Counted from the first letter of the whole stretch, positions 1 to 10,025 are shown. The stretch: DNA of 63,991 nt, filler included, from Stramenopiles sp. TOSAG23-3 (GCA_900128585.1; 5 parts of 5 records of this genome joined end to end with filler, not necessarily neighbours in it); one strand, 5' to 3'. A program made the numbers and translations. The notes: generated by a model not told the origin, from the letters alone.

Positions 1-1
1 T

Positions 2-133
2 ACTTCGTTGACAAAGATTTTTTTGCGCGGTAACAACATTGGTGCTGAAGGGGCAAAATATGTTGCAGAGGCGTTGAAAGTGAATACTTCGTTGACAGAG
101 ATCACGGAAGATGTTTTTTTTTTAAATACATAA
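2..133 (+). CDS. C-terminal fragment of an RNI/NLRC3-type leucine-rich-repeat protein (5' end cut by the window edge)
   Basis: Manual translation from nt 2 gives TSLTKIFLRGNNIGAEGAKYVAEALKVNTSLTEI..., a 28-aa RNI-like LRR unit; TAA at 131-133. Confidence 0.8.
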   Translation, partial: TSLTKIFLRGNNIGAEGAKYVAEALKVNTSLTEITEDVFFLNT

Positions 134-178
134 AGAACCGCCAATGTTTCGTTTTTAAGAATCTTATTTGTTCTTAAA

Positions 179-1087
179 TTACAAAACGTAAGCATCTCCT
201 GCTTTGCTCGTTCCTGTTTTTCCAACAAGATAACGATGTCTGGATCCTTGGCATCGAAAGGTCAGTGAGACCCTCTCCTTGCAGCGCAAGGAGGCATGCG
301 GTATCCCATGGGTCCAAGAGTATCGGCTCTCTTTTGTAACAATCTGTAGACTTCGTCGAGGCAAATATACAGTCACAGTTTCTTTCGTTTTCGGATTCTT
401 GTATACCATTTCTGCGTCCCCTTGAAGCGAAATGTTTGCCAACAGTTCGCCGCTTAATTGTCGATCGTCAAAGTGTGCGGAGAGGAAATGGCCTTCTGCC
501 TTTATGTATTTGTTTGAATTGCATTCGTTCGGTTTCCACCCCGCCATCGGCATATAGCTTCCCCCTTGGCACATGCGCTCGATGTACATGTTCAAAAATG
601 GGGGCATTTTTGACGTGGAAGCAGTGTTGTCAATAACCCGCGTCACCACGTCCAGCTCGACCCCCCAGTGCTTTGATAAGCACGCGCCATTCCATTTAGA
701 CATTTTCCAGTCCGGGCTTGTTTTGTTAATCTTTTCCAGCAAATCACGCTCTTCCTCCTTCGTCAAAAAGTCGGGCGCGAGAAAAAGCCCTGGTATTCTT
801 TGCTGTATTAATTTCTTGGGTCGGTACGCCAGCGACAACAAAGGGTTAATTTTGCAGCCCCCGACGGAAGCAGCCTTTTCTTTTTTCAGCAGGGTGGAAG
901 GCGGGGTAACGTCAACGACAACCAGGAGGCATTTATCCAAGTGGCTGTTCACTCGGTTGGACGGAATACTTTTCTTACACGATGGGCAGACGACAAAAGT
1001 GGTGGATCCTACGCCTTTTGATTTCTTCCTCGCACTGCCAGCACTAGCCGGCGACGGCCTCAAAAGTTCAAACGCGTTTCGTTTCAT
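179..1087 (-). CDS. AlkB-family 2OG-Fe(II) dioxygenase (ALKBH4-like) with N-terminal Rad18-type UBZ zinc finger
   Basis: CPSC-x12-HLDKC zinc finger; HFDD, WTHGI and RVSLTFR iron/2OG motifs; PRRSL...RY.W.H pattern. Confidence 0.85.
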   Translation of the reverse strand: MKRNAFELLRPSPASAGSARKKSKGVGSTTFVVCPSCKKSIPSNRVNSHLDKCLLVVVDVTPPSTLLKKEKAASVGGCKINPLLSLAYRPKKLIQQRIPGLFLAPDFLTKEEERDLLEKINKTSPDWKMSKWNGACLSKHWGVELDVVTRVIDNTASTSKMPPFLNMYIERMCQGGSYMPMAGWKPNECNSNKYIKAEGHFLSAHFDDRQLSGELLANISLQGDAEMVYKNPKTKETVTVYLPRRSLQIVTKESRYSWTHGIPHASLRCKERVSLTFRCQGSRHRYLVGKTGTSKAGDAYVL

Positions 1088-1596
1088 TTTTTACCACGCA
1101 TCTTCTCGCGACAGAAAAGAAAGAACTAGGCGGTGTTTTGGACGAAAATTTCCCAGTTCAGAATGAACTTCAAGCCGGGACACTCCGTACGTCGTTTAAA
1201 ACAATTTTCCAATGATCAACTCCTGCACATTGAATTTCCTGTCCACAAAACAATTAAGTGAGGCAACATCCGATTAAAATATCAGTTCATCTCTGTGAAG
1301 AAAATAAGTAGAAAGAATTATTTGTCTTCCACAATTATTATTCCGTTTTCTTTTTTTTGTTCGTCGCGCCGCGCCGATTCTTCTCTTCTTTTTTTTTCTT
1401 CTTTTCTTCTCTTCTTTTTTTTTTTTTTTTTTTTTGTAAATAATCATCATCAGCAGAGGAGGAGAGCAGAATACAACATCCCCTGTTCCAGAAATGAGCT
1501 CATCCCCTACGCTAAAATAAGCTACCTTAACGGTGATGCTATTATTATGTTAATGAATATAAATATAGTAATAGCATAGACAGAACTAGCGCATTA

Positions 1597-1704
1597 AGGT
1601 GTTTTTCTATATAGGAAATCTCCATCAAATGGTACGTCCATTTGGTAGTCTTTTATTGTAAAGATTTGTTGAAAATGACCCTACGACCATCTCCTACGAC
1701 CAAC
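1597..1704 (+). promoter_or_regulatory. Conserved ~100-bp upstream element, copy A
   Basis: Near-identical to 7336-7442 and partly to 7241-7311; ends ~110 nt before the ATG at 1817. Regulatory role is inferred from position. Confidence 0.6.
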
Positions 1705-1816
1705 GACGATGAGGTACTAATAAAAAAATTAAAAAATCGTATTAACAATTCTTCTACATGAAAAATAGTATCACATAAAAACGGAATAACCAATAACCTC
1801 TTTAAAACAACTCAAC

Positions 1817-2437
1817 ATGTCTTCTGAATCTTGCATGCAACACACACTATTACAAAGAAACTCACAAAACAGTAAGAAACGAAAAAGAAATGCCGATGAA
1901 AAAACAGAAACCCTCCTAAACAACCGCCGACGAACAGAAGCTCCCTCTGTTCGAAGGGAAGCAAAGCCAACCTCCGAACGTCCTGTTGAAACCCACACCG
2001 TCTCGACAGGGGAACTGGGTGAATGTGCTATATGCTATGAAACTACGACGGTTTTCCGCTGTGGGGGAACCTGCAAAAACGACGATACACGACAATGCTT
2101 GGTCTGCACGATAAGCAACGACACGTTCGATAAGGACGGACAAGTGAAGTGTCCATACTGCCGCCAATACTACACGCCACCGTGGGTAAACGACGATATC
2201 CTGTCTCGACACAAGATGAATGAATTGTCACAGGGACATGACGAAGAACAACAGGATATGATCTTTGAACCAATCAAGGAACACGACGATGACGTATTTT
2301 GGCAATTGTTATCGATAGACCGTGAACTTCTCAGCTATCGATCCGAAACCAACGGTTGCTCCGTGTCAGACTATATAGCACAGTACGGAAGTGAACAACT
2401 TCAAATGGAAGTCTTTTCAAATGATATGGAACCGTAG
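1817..2437 (+). CDS. RING-like (all-Cys) zinc-finger protein with NLS-like basic patches
   Basis: CAIC...CGGTC...CLVC...CPYCR spacing; KKRKR and RRR motifs. Confidence 0.65.
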   Translation: MSSESCMQHTLLQRNSQNSKKRKRNADEKTETLLNNRRRTEAPSVRREAKPTSERPVETHTVSTGELGECAICYETTTVFRCGGTCKNDDTRQCLVCTISNDTFDKDGQVKCPYCRQYYTPPWVNDDILSRHKMNELSQGHDEEQQDMIFEPIKEHDDDVFWQLLSIDRELLSYRSETNGCSVSDYIAQYGSEQLQMEVFSNDMEP

Positions 2438-2592
2438 TAAGCTGAAGGCATACGATCTTGGTGTTTGGGAAGCTGGGTCTATCCGTTGACTCTGGATTCA
2501 TCGACGCCCGATTTGGCAAGTTGGGTTTTATAATATTTTATTCTATAACTAGTTTTTTTACCCAGTTGCAGTGGTTGCTATTTATAATACTA

Positions 2593-2811
2593 AGGCTCTA
2601 GCAGTCGATTCATTTCGGTATCAGCCGATTCATTTCGGTATCAGCCGATTCATGCTGAACCATCACTCAAGCAAAAGAATTCATTTCACAGGTGATATGC
2701 CCCTGTTGATATGAACTACATAGGCTCTAGCAGTCGATTCATGCTAACAAGCAAAAGAATTCATTTCACGGTTGATATGCCGCTGTTGATGTACTTACAA
2801 AGGCTCTAGCA
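2593..2811. repeat. Nested minisatellite
   Basis: AGGCTCTAGCA at 2593, 2722 and 2801; TTCGGTATCAGCCGATTCAT twice; CAAGCAAAAGAATTCATTTCAC...CTGTTGAT twice. Confidence 0.85.
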
Positions 2812-3091
2812 TAATTAACAAAAGGAGGAGAAAGACAAAATGCCCACAATAATAAAAGTGGAGGGGGTAGTTATTCGCAGCTAGATCACTAGACCAGATT
2901 ACAAGTAGAAAGAACTAGCTACAGCGTTTAGCTCCTTCAAGGTAGAATTCCAGCCAGCCAGAACCTTGTGGACGTGGTTGTTTAGGCAATGCGTGTAAAA
3001 AGATTGCTTTTGAACGAAAGAGGAACCGAAAGAAGAGAAGAAAGAACCTGTCACTTTCTTCATAATACATTTCTAAAAACAAAGAAACGCT

Positions 3092-5059
3092 ATGATGAAG
3101 TTGGTTTTATTCTTTCTTTTTGTCCTTTCTGTACGAGGCCAAGGTGGGGGTGGAGTACGCGACGCGGGTCTTCGGTGTCGCACAGGATTCGGGAATAAAT
3201 GGGTTGGTGGGTTGGGTTGGAGGGGAAGGTGGCGTTGTCATATATGTCCCAGGGGAACCTTCTCAGCACATGGGGGGAGGGTCTTATGCAAAAAATGTAG
3301 AATGGGAACCTATAGTGGTAAGGTAGGAGCAAGCAGTTGCAGACTATGCGAAATGGGAACCTATAGTGATGAGGCAGGAGCAGGCAGTTGCAAAGTATGT
3401 CCAAAAGATACCTACAATGATTTATCTGGACAAACGAGCTGCAAAACATGCTTGCACGGTAGGATTCCAAGCCACAACCAAACACGGTGTATTGATGAGT
3501 ATTTAGCCGATGCCGTAAAACACTTGATGTCAGCGCTCGCGTTGCAAAAAGAAGAGCAAAACGATTTGTCCATAAAGAATTCACGCCTCTGGCAAAAAGA
3601 GCAAATACGAATGCGTCACGACAAATTGATGGCCGCTCGCAAAAAACTAGATAACCGAAAGGAAAAGGGTGCCTGCGAGGCGGACCTCAGAGATGGTACC
3701 ATCATCTTTCCTGCGATTGAAATTGAAAACGAGATTGAAGACATAGAAGATACTACTTGCATAGATACCAATCGTGACGAAATGTTGAAATCGTTCTGTT
3801 CCTTCCGATCCGATCTAGACAATCTATTTCATATTCAGAACATCAAGAAAGAAGCCAAGACGTTTTGGCCCAATATTTGCTGCAAGGAACGTCGAGATAC
3901 TACTCTGGAGGTATGCAACGACCCAAGTGGGAAGCGACAGCGTGGCGAAATAGTACCGTTTGCTTTGTCGTCTGGTGGCCACTACAGCCGCCATAATTTG
4001 TACGTGGAGGTGACGGATACAATAAGAAGAAATGGATATTTGCATAGAGGGATGAATCGATTGATAGACGCGCTCCCAAAGATTGGGTACACGAAGAAAC
4101 AGGAAGTGAAGCAGCTCATCGGAGCATTCTTCAACGATGTCTCTCTATGTGGACCACGCATCGTGGATGCGCCTGGAAAAAGTGAAAATAAGCTATGCGA
4201 ATTGTTTGTGCCATATCATCATGCCATGAGAAACTTTTTCAATTTGATTGAAAGTCTGTACCAAGTGCCAATACCGCAACCCGCTTTTCTAGAAACCATG
4301 GAAACGTCTTTAGACCGACGGCATCAATTCCTGCCTCGTCTGGGCAAGGGTGGAAATGTTGGTGCGATGATGCAGACTAAGAAAAAGGACACGAAAAAAA
4401 CGTGTAGCGGTGGAAGCAAATATGGTAGTCGGTTAAAATTAGCTGAAAAGAAGGCAGAATTCTGCAAAGGTTACAAGCACCTGGACTTGAGCGGCACCAA
4501 CGTAAAGAATATTGCTGTTCATTACATTGAGAAGGATATTTTACCAACATTTGCGAAAAATGATAGAGTCATGAACAGCCTAAAACATACGCTGCGATAC
4601 CAGGTGAAAGACACATCGTGCCCGTCTCCTTTGTTTACCGCGAACGACATTTCCATCCAGCAGGTTGCGATGGATGCCTTGGGAACAAAAAAAGAATGGG
4701 TTGCCGTGGTGAATTTGAATACGAAGAATGACGATGGTTATTTACAGAGTGAATTACCGTACTGTGAGGAAAGATCGTATCTTATTGGTACCAGCGTTAG
4801 CGTGAAAGCTTATGTGGACAGCGGAAACTATTGTGGAAAGTTAGTGGATTACAATGAATGCAGAAGTAAATGCTTAGCAGAATGTCGTGCTGGCAACTCT
4901 AGAAACTGTGGCAAAACATGCAACAGAAAATTGGTACAACTGAAAAATCGGCAGGACAAGCATTACTCCAAAGAGGTGGTGCTGATGGGAACGCAATACA
5001 CGGTGAATAGTATTAGCAGGAGAAGGCGGTTGTTAAACTATGGCCAGGCGGGTTGTTAA
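3092..5059 (+). CDS. Secreted Cys-rich protein with GCC2/GCC3 (ephrin-receptor-like/TNFR-like) repeats, coiled coil and unassigned Cys-rich C-terminal domains
   Basis: Signal peptide MMKLVLFFLFVLSVRG; four CxxCxxGTY/FS-like repeats; ends RRRRLLNYGQAGC. Confidence 0.75.
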   Translation: MMKLVLFFLFVLSVRGQGGGGVRDAGLRCRTGFGNKWVGGLGWRGRWRCHICPRGTFSAHGGRVLCKKCRMGTYSGKVGASSCRLCEMGTYSDEAGAGSCKVCPKDTYNDLSGQTSCKTCLHGRIPSHNQTRCIDEYLADAVKHLMSALALQKEEQNDLSIKNSRLWQKEQIRMRHDKLMAARKKLDNRKEKGACEADLRDGTIIFPAIEIENEIEDIEDTTCIDTNRDEMLKSFCSFRSDLDNLFHIQNIKKEAKTFWPNICCKERRDTTLEVCNDPSGKRQRGEIVPFALSSGGHYSRHNLYVEVTDTIRRNGYLHRGMNRLIDALPKIGYTKKQEVKQLIGAFFNDVSLCGPRIVDAPGKSENKLCELFVPYHHAMRNFFNLIESLYQVPIPQPAFLETMETSLDRRHQFLPRLGKGGNVGAMMQTKKKDTKKTCSGGSKYGSRLKLAEKKAEFCKGYKHLDLSGTNVKNIAVHYIEKDILPTFAKNDRVMNSLKHTLRYQVKDTSCPSPLFTANDISIQQVAMDALGTKKEWVAVVNLNTKNDDGYLQSELPYCEERSYLIGTSVSVKAYVDSGNYCGKLVDYNECRSKCLAECRAGNSRNCGKTCNRKLVQLKNRQDKHYSKEVVLMGTQYTVNSISRRRRLLNYGQAGC

Positions 5060-5135
5060 AATTGGAAGAACTAGAATTATTTGCGAACTAAATATTATAA
5101 AAATAAATTTGTCCACTGTGTAGGCAAGCTTTTCT

Positions 5136-7034
5136 TTAGTCGTATTTACAATCACCACCATCGTAGTCACACTCCTCTGAATTGCACTCGATATTGCACA
5201 TCCCATTACCAGGAGCTTCCCTTCCCCAACACGTTTTTGAGCAGAGCGGTTCACAATCTAACGTAGAATCCACTTTGCATACTGCATTTCCAGAAAAGTA
5301 TGCTTTCACATTGTTCTTTGTTAGCAAATCTTTCAAATCGTCATTCACCATCGTAATATTATTATTTCTTGCATCCAAATATTGCAAGCCACGATACCCT
5401 AATACAGCTTCTGGAATACCGACTAATTTGCACCGAGCAATGTCCAAGTATAATAGATTCTTCAATTTTTTACCAGGAAATACTTTCATATGGTTTCCAC
5501 TTAAATACAAATATAGAAGCCGCGGAAATGCTTCTACTTCAAATGCTGTGGTAAGAACCATATCATTTTCTTGAAGATTCAGGTAATTCAGCGATGGCAT
5601 GGATATTCCAGTGGCAGGTATACTCAGTCCTACATTGCCATCGAACCCTACGGCGACAACTGTAGGGTGGGTCCATACAGCCTTTTCATTATATCGCATA
5701 ATATTATTATGTGCCAAATGTAATTTATTCAGCTTCTCCCATTGCAGAACATCCACGTCGAACTCTTTTAACCTGTTCGCAGTCACCTCAAAGTCTACCA
5801 TTTCCGCCAACTGTTCCATATTTGGCGGTAACTTAGTCAAGTTGCAATACTGTATAAAGACCTTCCGCAACCCTTGCATCTCGTCTACAAGAGAATCGGG
5901 CAATGCTGTCAGTGTGAAATCGTTTACGATGTGTAGAGACGCACAATTGCACGTCGGTGTAAACAGGCTCTCACAGAAGGGAATCTTGTTCACGCATCCC
6001 TTTTCCCACGTTTTTTCGTCGCAACCCGTCGGCCGCATTGCTAAATGTGCAACCGCCACCACCAAAAAAAAGAGTCCAAACATACCCTTGCTACCAGCTA
6101 CAAAGAACCGCACCTGTCGAGGCACTCTATCCTCTTGCGCTTTTGCCATTTCAATCGATGCCACCTGTCTAAAAACACTTTCTCTGCGCCGTTTCATCTT
6201 AAACGATCGATTCATCTGCTCTTTCAATACTCGCTGTGCAGAACGTTGGTAAACGATTTCTTCCAATATATCGTCCATCTTGCCCAGCATCGAAAAAGTC
6301 GGCATCAGTGTGATGGATAACATCTCCGATATCGATATTGGCACTTCGTACACAAACCACATAACGGACAGGGGTACTGCCACGCACAAAAAGTCGATTG
6401 CCGTGTCTATTTTCACCTGACGATCCCTACGCACGGGTGTATTTTTGTGCACCAACGTATGCACCGTATGGAAACAGTCCACAGACAAGGCAAAACAAAT
6501 AGAGCAAGTCCACGCTACGGGCAAAGAGCACAAATAGACCGTTGTTATATTTACACACTGTTGAGCAGATTCAAGCAGTTCGGACATGTAAAGCTTCCAC
6601 AAAAACCATGGCCCATTCATTTGCAACTTTTCGTATATGCCTTTGGCCCGTAGGGCTGCCATTTTCGCACGTTCTGTGGCTGATTTTGTGCGCTTTAGTC
6701 CATTGCCTTGCTTCACTTCCCTTGCAGCTTGCTGGCGTACCGTGTTCTCCGTCGCCAAGTTCTTCCAGATGAATAGAAATTTCAACACCAGGAGGATGTA
6801 CAACACGGCAAAGACCACAAACAACCAGATCCATTCGCGATGCCATGCCTGAAACTGTTTTGTATACAAATAAGTGATGTATAGAAAGAGTCCAGCAATA
6901 CCCAGCGAGAAAAACAGTATCAACGCGCCGTCCCAACCCACGTGCGTGGAGAAAGTTATCTCGACGTCTACCTTCTGCCGCTTGCCAGCGGGTTTCACTG
7001 CAGTCAACTCGATTTCTTTTGGGTTTGTCTCCAT
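5136..7034 (-). CDS. Multi-pass membrane protein with C-terminal LRRs and an LNR (Notch/LIN-12) repeat
   Basis: About 6-7 hydrophobic segments, then LxxLxLxxN repeats and terminal CWGREAPGNGMCNIECNSEECDYDGGDC; start placed at METNPK (ORF is open further upstream). Confidence 0.8.
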   Translation of the reverse strand: METNPKEIELTAVKPAGKRQKVDVEITFSTHVGWDGALILFFSLGIAGLFLYITYLYTKQFQAWHREWIWLFVVFAVLYILLVLKFLFIWKNLATENTVRQQAAREVKQGNGLKRTKSATERAKMAALRAKGIYEKLQMNGPWFLWKLYMSELLESAQQCVNITTVYLCSLPVAWTCSICFALSVDCFHTVHTLVHKNTPVRRDRQVKIDTAIDFLCVAVPLSVMWFVYEVPISISEMLSITLMPTFSMLGKMDDILEEIVYQRSAQRVLKEQMNRSFKMKRRRESVFRQVASIEMAKAQEDRVPRQVRFFVAGSKGMFGLFFLVVAVAHLAMRPTGCDEKTWEKGCVNKIPFCESLFTPTCNCASLHIVNDFTLTALPDSLVDEMQGLRKVFIQYCNLTKLPPNMEQLAEMVDFEVTANRLKEFDVDVLQWEKLNKLHLAHNNIMRYNEKAVWTHPTVVAVGFDGNVGLSIPATGISMPSLNYLNLQENDMVLTTAFEVEAFPRLLYLYLSGNHMKVFPGKKLKNLLYLDIARCKLVGIPEAVLGYRGLQYLDARNNNITMVNDDLKDLLTKNNVKAYFSGNAVCKVDSTLDCEPLCSKTCWGREAPGNGMCNIECNSEECDYDGGDCKYD

Positions 7035-7240
7035 CGTGATTGGTCTACATAGGCGAATGCTTTTTAAGGCGATTGTCATAAAAGATTTGAATTTTGGGTT
7101 GGTTGTTGAAATGGAGTAGGTTTGGTGGACGGTTACTTTTTTGGGCAATTATCGAGTCATACGTGATTGAGGGTTGGATTCCGTATTACCACTGGTGATG
7201 CCTATAAAAAACATATCAATACGTAATACCATAGGTGGTT

Positions 7241-7442
7241 GGTATTCCTCTATATAGGACATATCCATCAAATGGTACCTCAATTTGGTAGTGTATTATT
7301 GTAAAGATTTTAGACCTGAAAGACAATCGACCACAAGGTATTTCTATATAGGAAATCTCCATCAAATGGTAGATCTGTTTGGTAGTGTATTGTCGTAAGA
7401 TTTGTTGAAAATGACCCTACGACCATACCCTACGACCCACGA
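7241..7442 (+). promoter_or_regulatory. Conserved upstream element, copies B (partial, 7241-7311) and C (7336-7442)
   Basis: Alignment by eye with 1597-1704; copy C ends ~95 nt before the ATG at 7538. Confidence 0.6.
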
Positions 7443-7537
7443 AAAAAAAAAAAATAATTATAGAACCTCCAAAGATTTTTACAAAAAGTTACGAGTATTA
7501 CAAGAAAAACAGAAACAAAACAAAACAATACAAACAA

Positions 7538-8440
7538 ATGTCCAACATGAATCCACTCACCACCAGACAACTTTTATCTACACCAGTACATGGCATCGTC
7601 CTCCCAAATGACATCAAACTAAACGACAAACGAAAAAAAGACGGTACCATAACGTCTGTTGGCAAAGTCCTGTCCGCTGGCACCCGACTCAATATCTCAA
7701 TAACGCCGTCCAAGTACAACACTGCCGACGCCTGGGAAGAACTTCTTTCGTTGGATACGTATTCAGACGATGCAACGTTATCTTTGGACATGCAACAAAA
7801 ACCAAAATGGTTGAAGGGGACGCACCCAAACCTCAATTATCGGGGCAACTCTATCAACCGTACAAAGCTCTGGCTGCAACAAGCCACAGACAAGGTTCTG
7901 ATATACTCGTACACGGGGTTTCAATATTCCGTCGCACAGGCAACAGCCGACCTGAAATTGCTCCCCTGCACGAATGCATTGGCCAATGACATGAAACTCT
8001 CCTGCTTAGGCAACCATTGGATTGTTACCAAATACGTCGATGGTAACGATGCCATTGGCATGCACTCCGATAAAACAAGGAACTGGGAAAAAGACAGCTC
8101 GTTTCACGTTGTCAAGTTCGGGGCCCCTCGCCGCTTTGTTGTCCAGATGAACGACGAAGCTGAAACAGTTGTCTTCGATATGAAACTCCCCGCTGGGACC
8201 TCAATTGTCTGTGATATGCATACCAATTTCGTAACCAAACACGGCGTTCCAACATCCGATGAATCTGTGGGCGTGTCTGGCTCAATTGTCAGTCGATCCA
8301 TTGAAACAGCATTGTCCCTGGACGCATTTGAAAAACGGTTGAAAAAGGCCGCTTCGGACAAGACGGCTCGGGAAAGGAAGAAGGCTTTGACCCAGGTGAA
8401 TACCAACGGCCCGATGCAGAAGAAACCGAAACTATGTTAA
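7538..8440 (+). CDS. AlkB-like (ALKBH2/3-type) 2OG-Fe(II) oxygenase
   Basis: YSYTG, YVDGNDAIGMHSD, FGAPRRF and TKHGVP motifs. Confidence 0.8.
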   Translation: MSNMNPLTTRQLLSTPVHGIVLPNDIKLNDKRKKDGTITSVGKVLSAGTRLNISITPSKYNTADAWEELLSLDTYSDDATLSLDMQQKPKWLKGTHPNLNYRGNSINRTKLWLQQATDKVLIYSYTGFQYSVAQATADLKLLPCTNALANDMKLSCLGNHWIVTKYVDGNDAIGMHSDKTRNWEKDSSFHVVKFGAPRRFVVQMNDEAETVVFDMKLPAGTSIVCDMHTNFVTKHGVPTSDESVGVSGSIVSRSIETALSLDAFEKRLKKAASDKTARERKKALTQVNTNGPMQKKPKLC

Positions 8441-8637
8441 GTCGATACACTACTCAAAGAAGGGCATGGTGCAGATGGAAGTTGCCTTTCATGTTGGCCC
8501 ACTATGCAAAAAAAACTTGTCGATGGTCCGCATGTCACAGAATAGTTTATAGTTTATAATAAAAATTATCTACATGTGCGGACAACTACCACAGCATAGG
8601 ATTTCAATTACAAGGTATACACCATACTTTACCCATA

Positions 8638-8982
8638 TCATTTTTTTCTTGATTTTAATCTCTCCTCGAATTTCTTTTTCTTCTGTACCTTCAATTCGTT
8701 CATTTCCTCATGTTGTTTCCTCCTAAGATGATGGCTACTCTTCTCCATATCGTCCTGAATCCGTTTCACTTCCATGGTGTGCATGTGTCTTTGTCTAAAT
8801 TTTGATCGGACATGCTCCTTCACCAAACTCCCCAACGATTTCAAACTCGCCTTCTTTTTCTTACCAGAAGCTGGTAGCATAACTTTACGAATTGCCAATA
8901 ATTTTTTTCGTTTTTTCGCCAGGATGTTGGTCTTCACAATGGCATCTAGAGTTGTCTTTTTCGTAGGATAGATTTTGGACAT
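8638..8982 (-). CDS. Small Lys/Arg-rich coiled-coil ORF, possibly a gene fragment
   Basis: 114-aa ORF with coding-like composition; no family recognised. Confidence 0.35.
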   Translation of the reverse strand: MSKIYPTKKTTLDAIVKTNILAKKRKKLLAIRKVMLPASGKKKKASLKSLGSLVKEHVRSKFRQRHMHTMEVKRIQDDMEKSSHHLRRKQHEEMNELKVQKKKKFEERLKSRKK

Positions 8983-9059
8983 TCGCTTCTTCTTTTGCGA
9001 CTGTTAATTTCTTCATCAGGAAGCCATTTCACAATGAGGAGGCATTTTATGAACCCCTT

Positions 9060-10025
9060 TATGGAAACGCTGCGCCAGGGCGGTGCTCAAACAGATCATT
9101 TTGTTCAATGGGAAACGGGACCGTGGAGCCGTACGTTGTCGGTCATAATCTGTTGAGAGCTCATGCAAAGGCAGTGGCGGTATTCCGAGACATGAAGAAG
9201 GGTTCTCCCCCCATCCTTCACCCGTTGAGCACCATCACCATGGTTATATCGGGAGACTGGACTGAGCCATGGAACAGTGCAGACCCGCGCGATGCCGAAG
9301 CCTCCCAGCGGCGGCAAGAGTTTCAGATAGGTTGGTTTGGCGACCCTATATTTTTTGGAAACTACCCGAAAAGTATGAGGGAAGGGATTGGGGGAGGGCG
9401 ACTACCAGAATTCACGGCCAAGGAGCAGCGCCTGCTTCGTGGGTCTGTCGATTACTTTGCTTTAAACCATTATACGAGCCGTTACGGCCAGACCCCCAAT
9501 AGTAGCATTTGTAGCGAGGGAGGCGGGGCGAACATTTCTGGTGGCGAAGGATGGGACCAGGACCAATGCTGCAGTGCTCTCACAACCGACCGTTGGGGAA
9601 GACCGATTGGGCCACGCCCAGAAGGGTCCGAGTGGCTGTTTTCGGTCCCATGGGGGTTGCGCAGCTTGCTTCGATGGGTGGCGCATCGTTACAACAATTC
9701 TCCCATCGTCGTGACGGAAAACGGTTGCGTCGATCCAGTCCAAGCTGCCCAGGCACCGAAAGAAGTGAACGACACGTTTAGAATTGCTTATCACCAGGGT
9801 TACTTGGCCGCTTTGCGAAGAGCAATGATAGAAGATAAGGTGGATATTCGAGGATATTTTGTGTGGAGTTTACTGGACAATGTTGAATGGGGCGATGGCT
9901 TTCGAGACCGGTTTGGCCTTTATTCGGTCGATCGGCCTTCTTTGGACCGCATTCCAAAGGCCAGCGTCCGCTGGATATCAGACTACATTAGAAAGTGGAA
10001 AAACCAAACAAAAAACAAAAAATAA
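9060..10025 (+). pseudogene. 5'-truncated glycoside hydrolase family 1 beta-glucosidase (C-terminal half only)
   Basis: APGRCS...EPYVVGHNLLRAHA, NHYT, VTENG nucleophile and WSLLDNVEW motifs present; no NEP acid/base motif upstream; in-frame TAG at 8964. Confidence 0.7.

Noticed and set aside
2593-2811. Possible CRISPR-like array
   Set aside because: Spacers are homologous to each other and irregular; no cas genes; eukaryotic context
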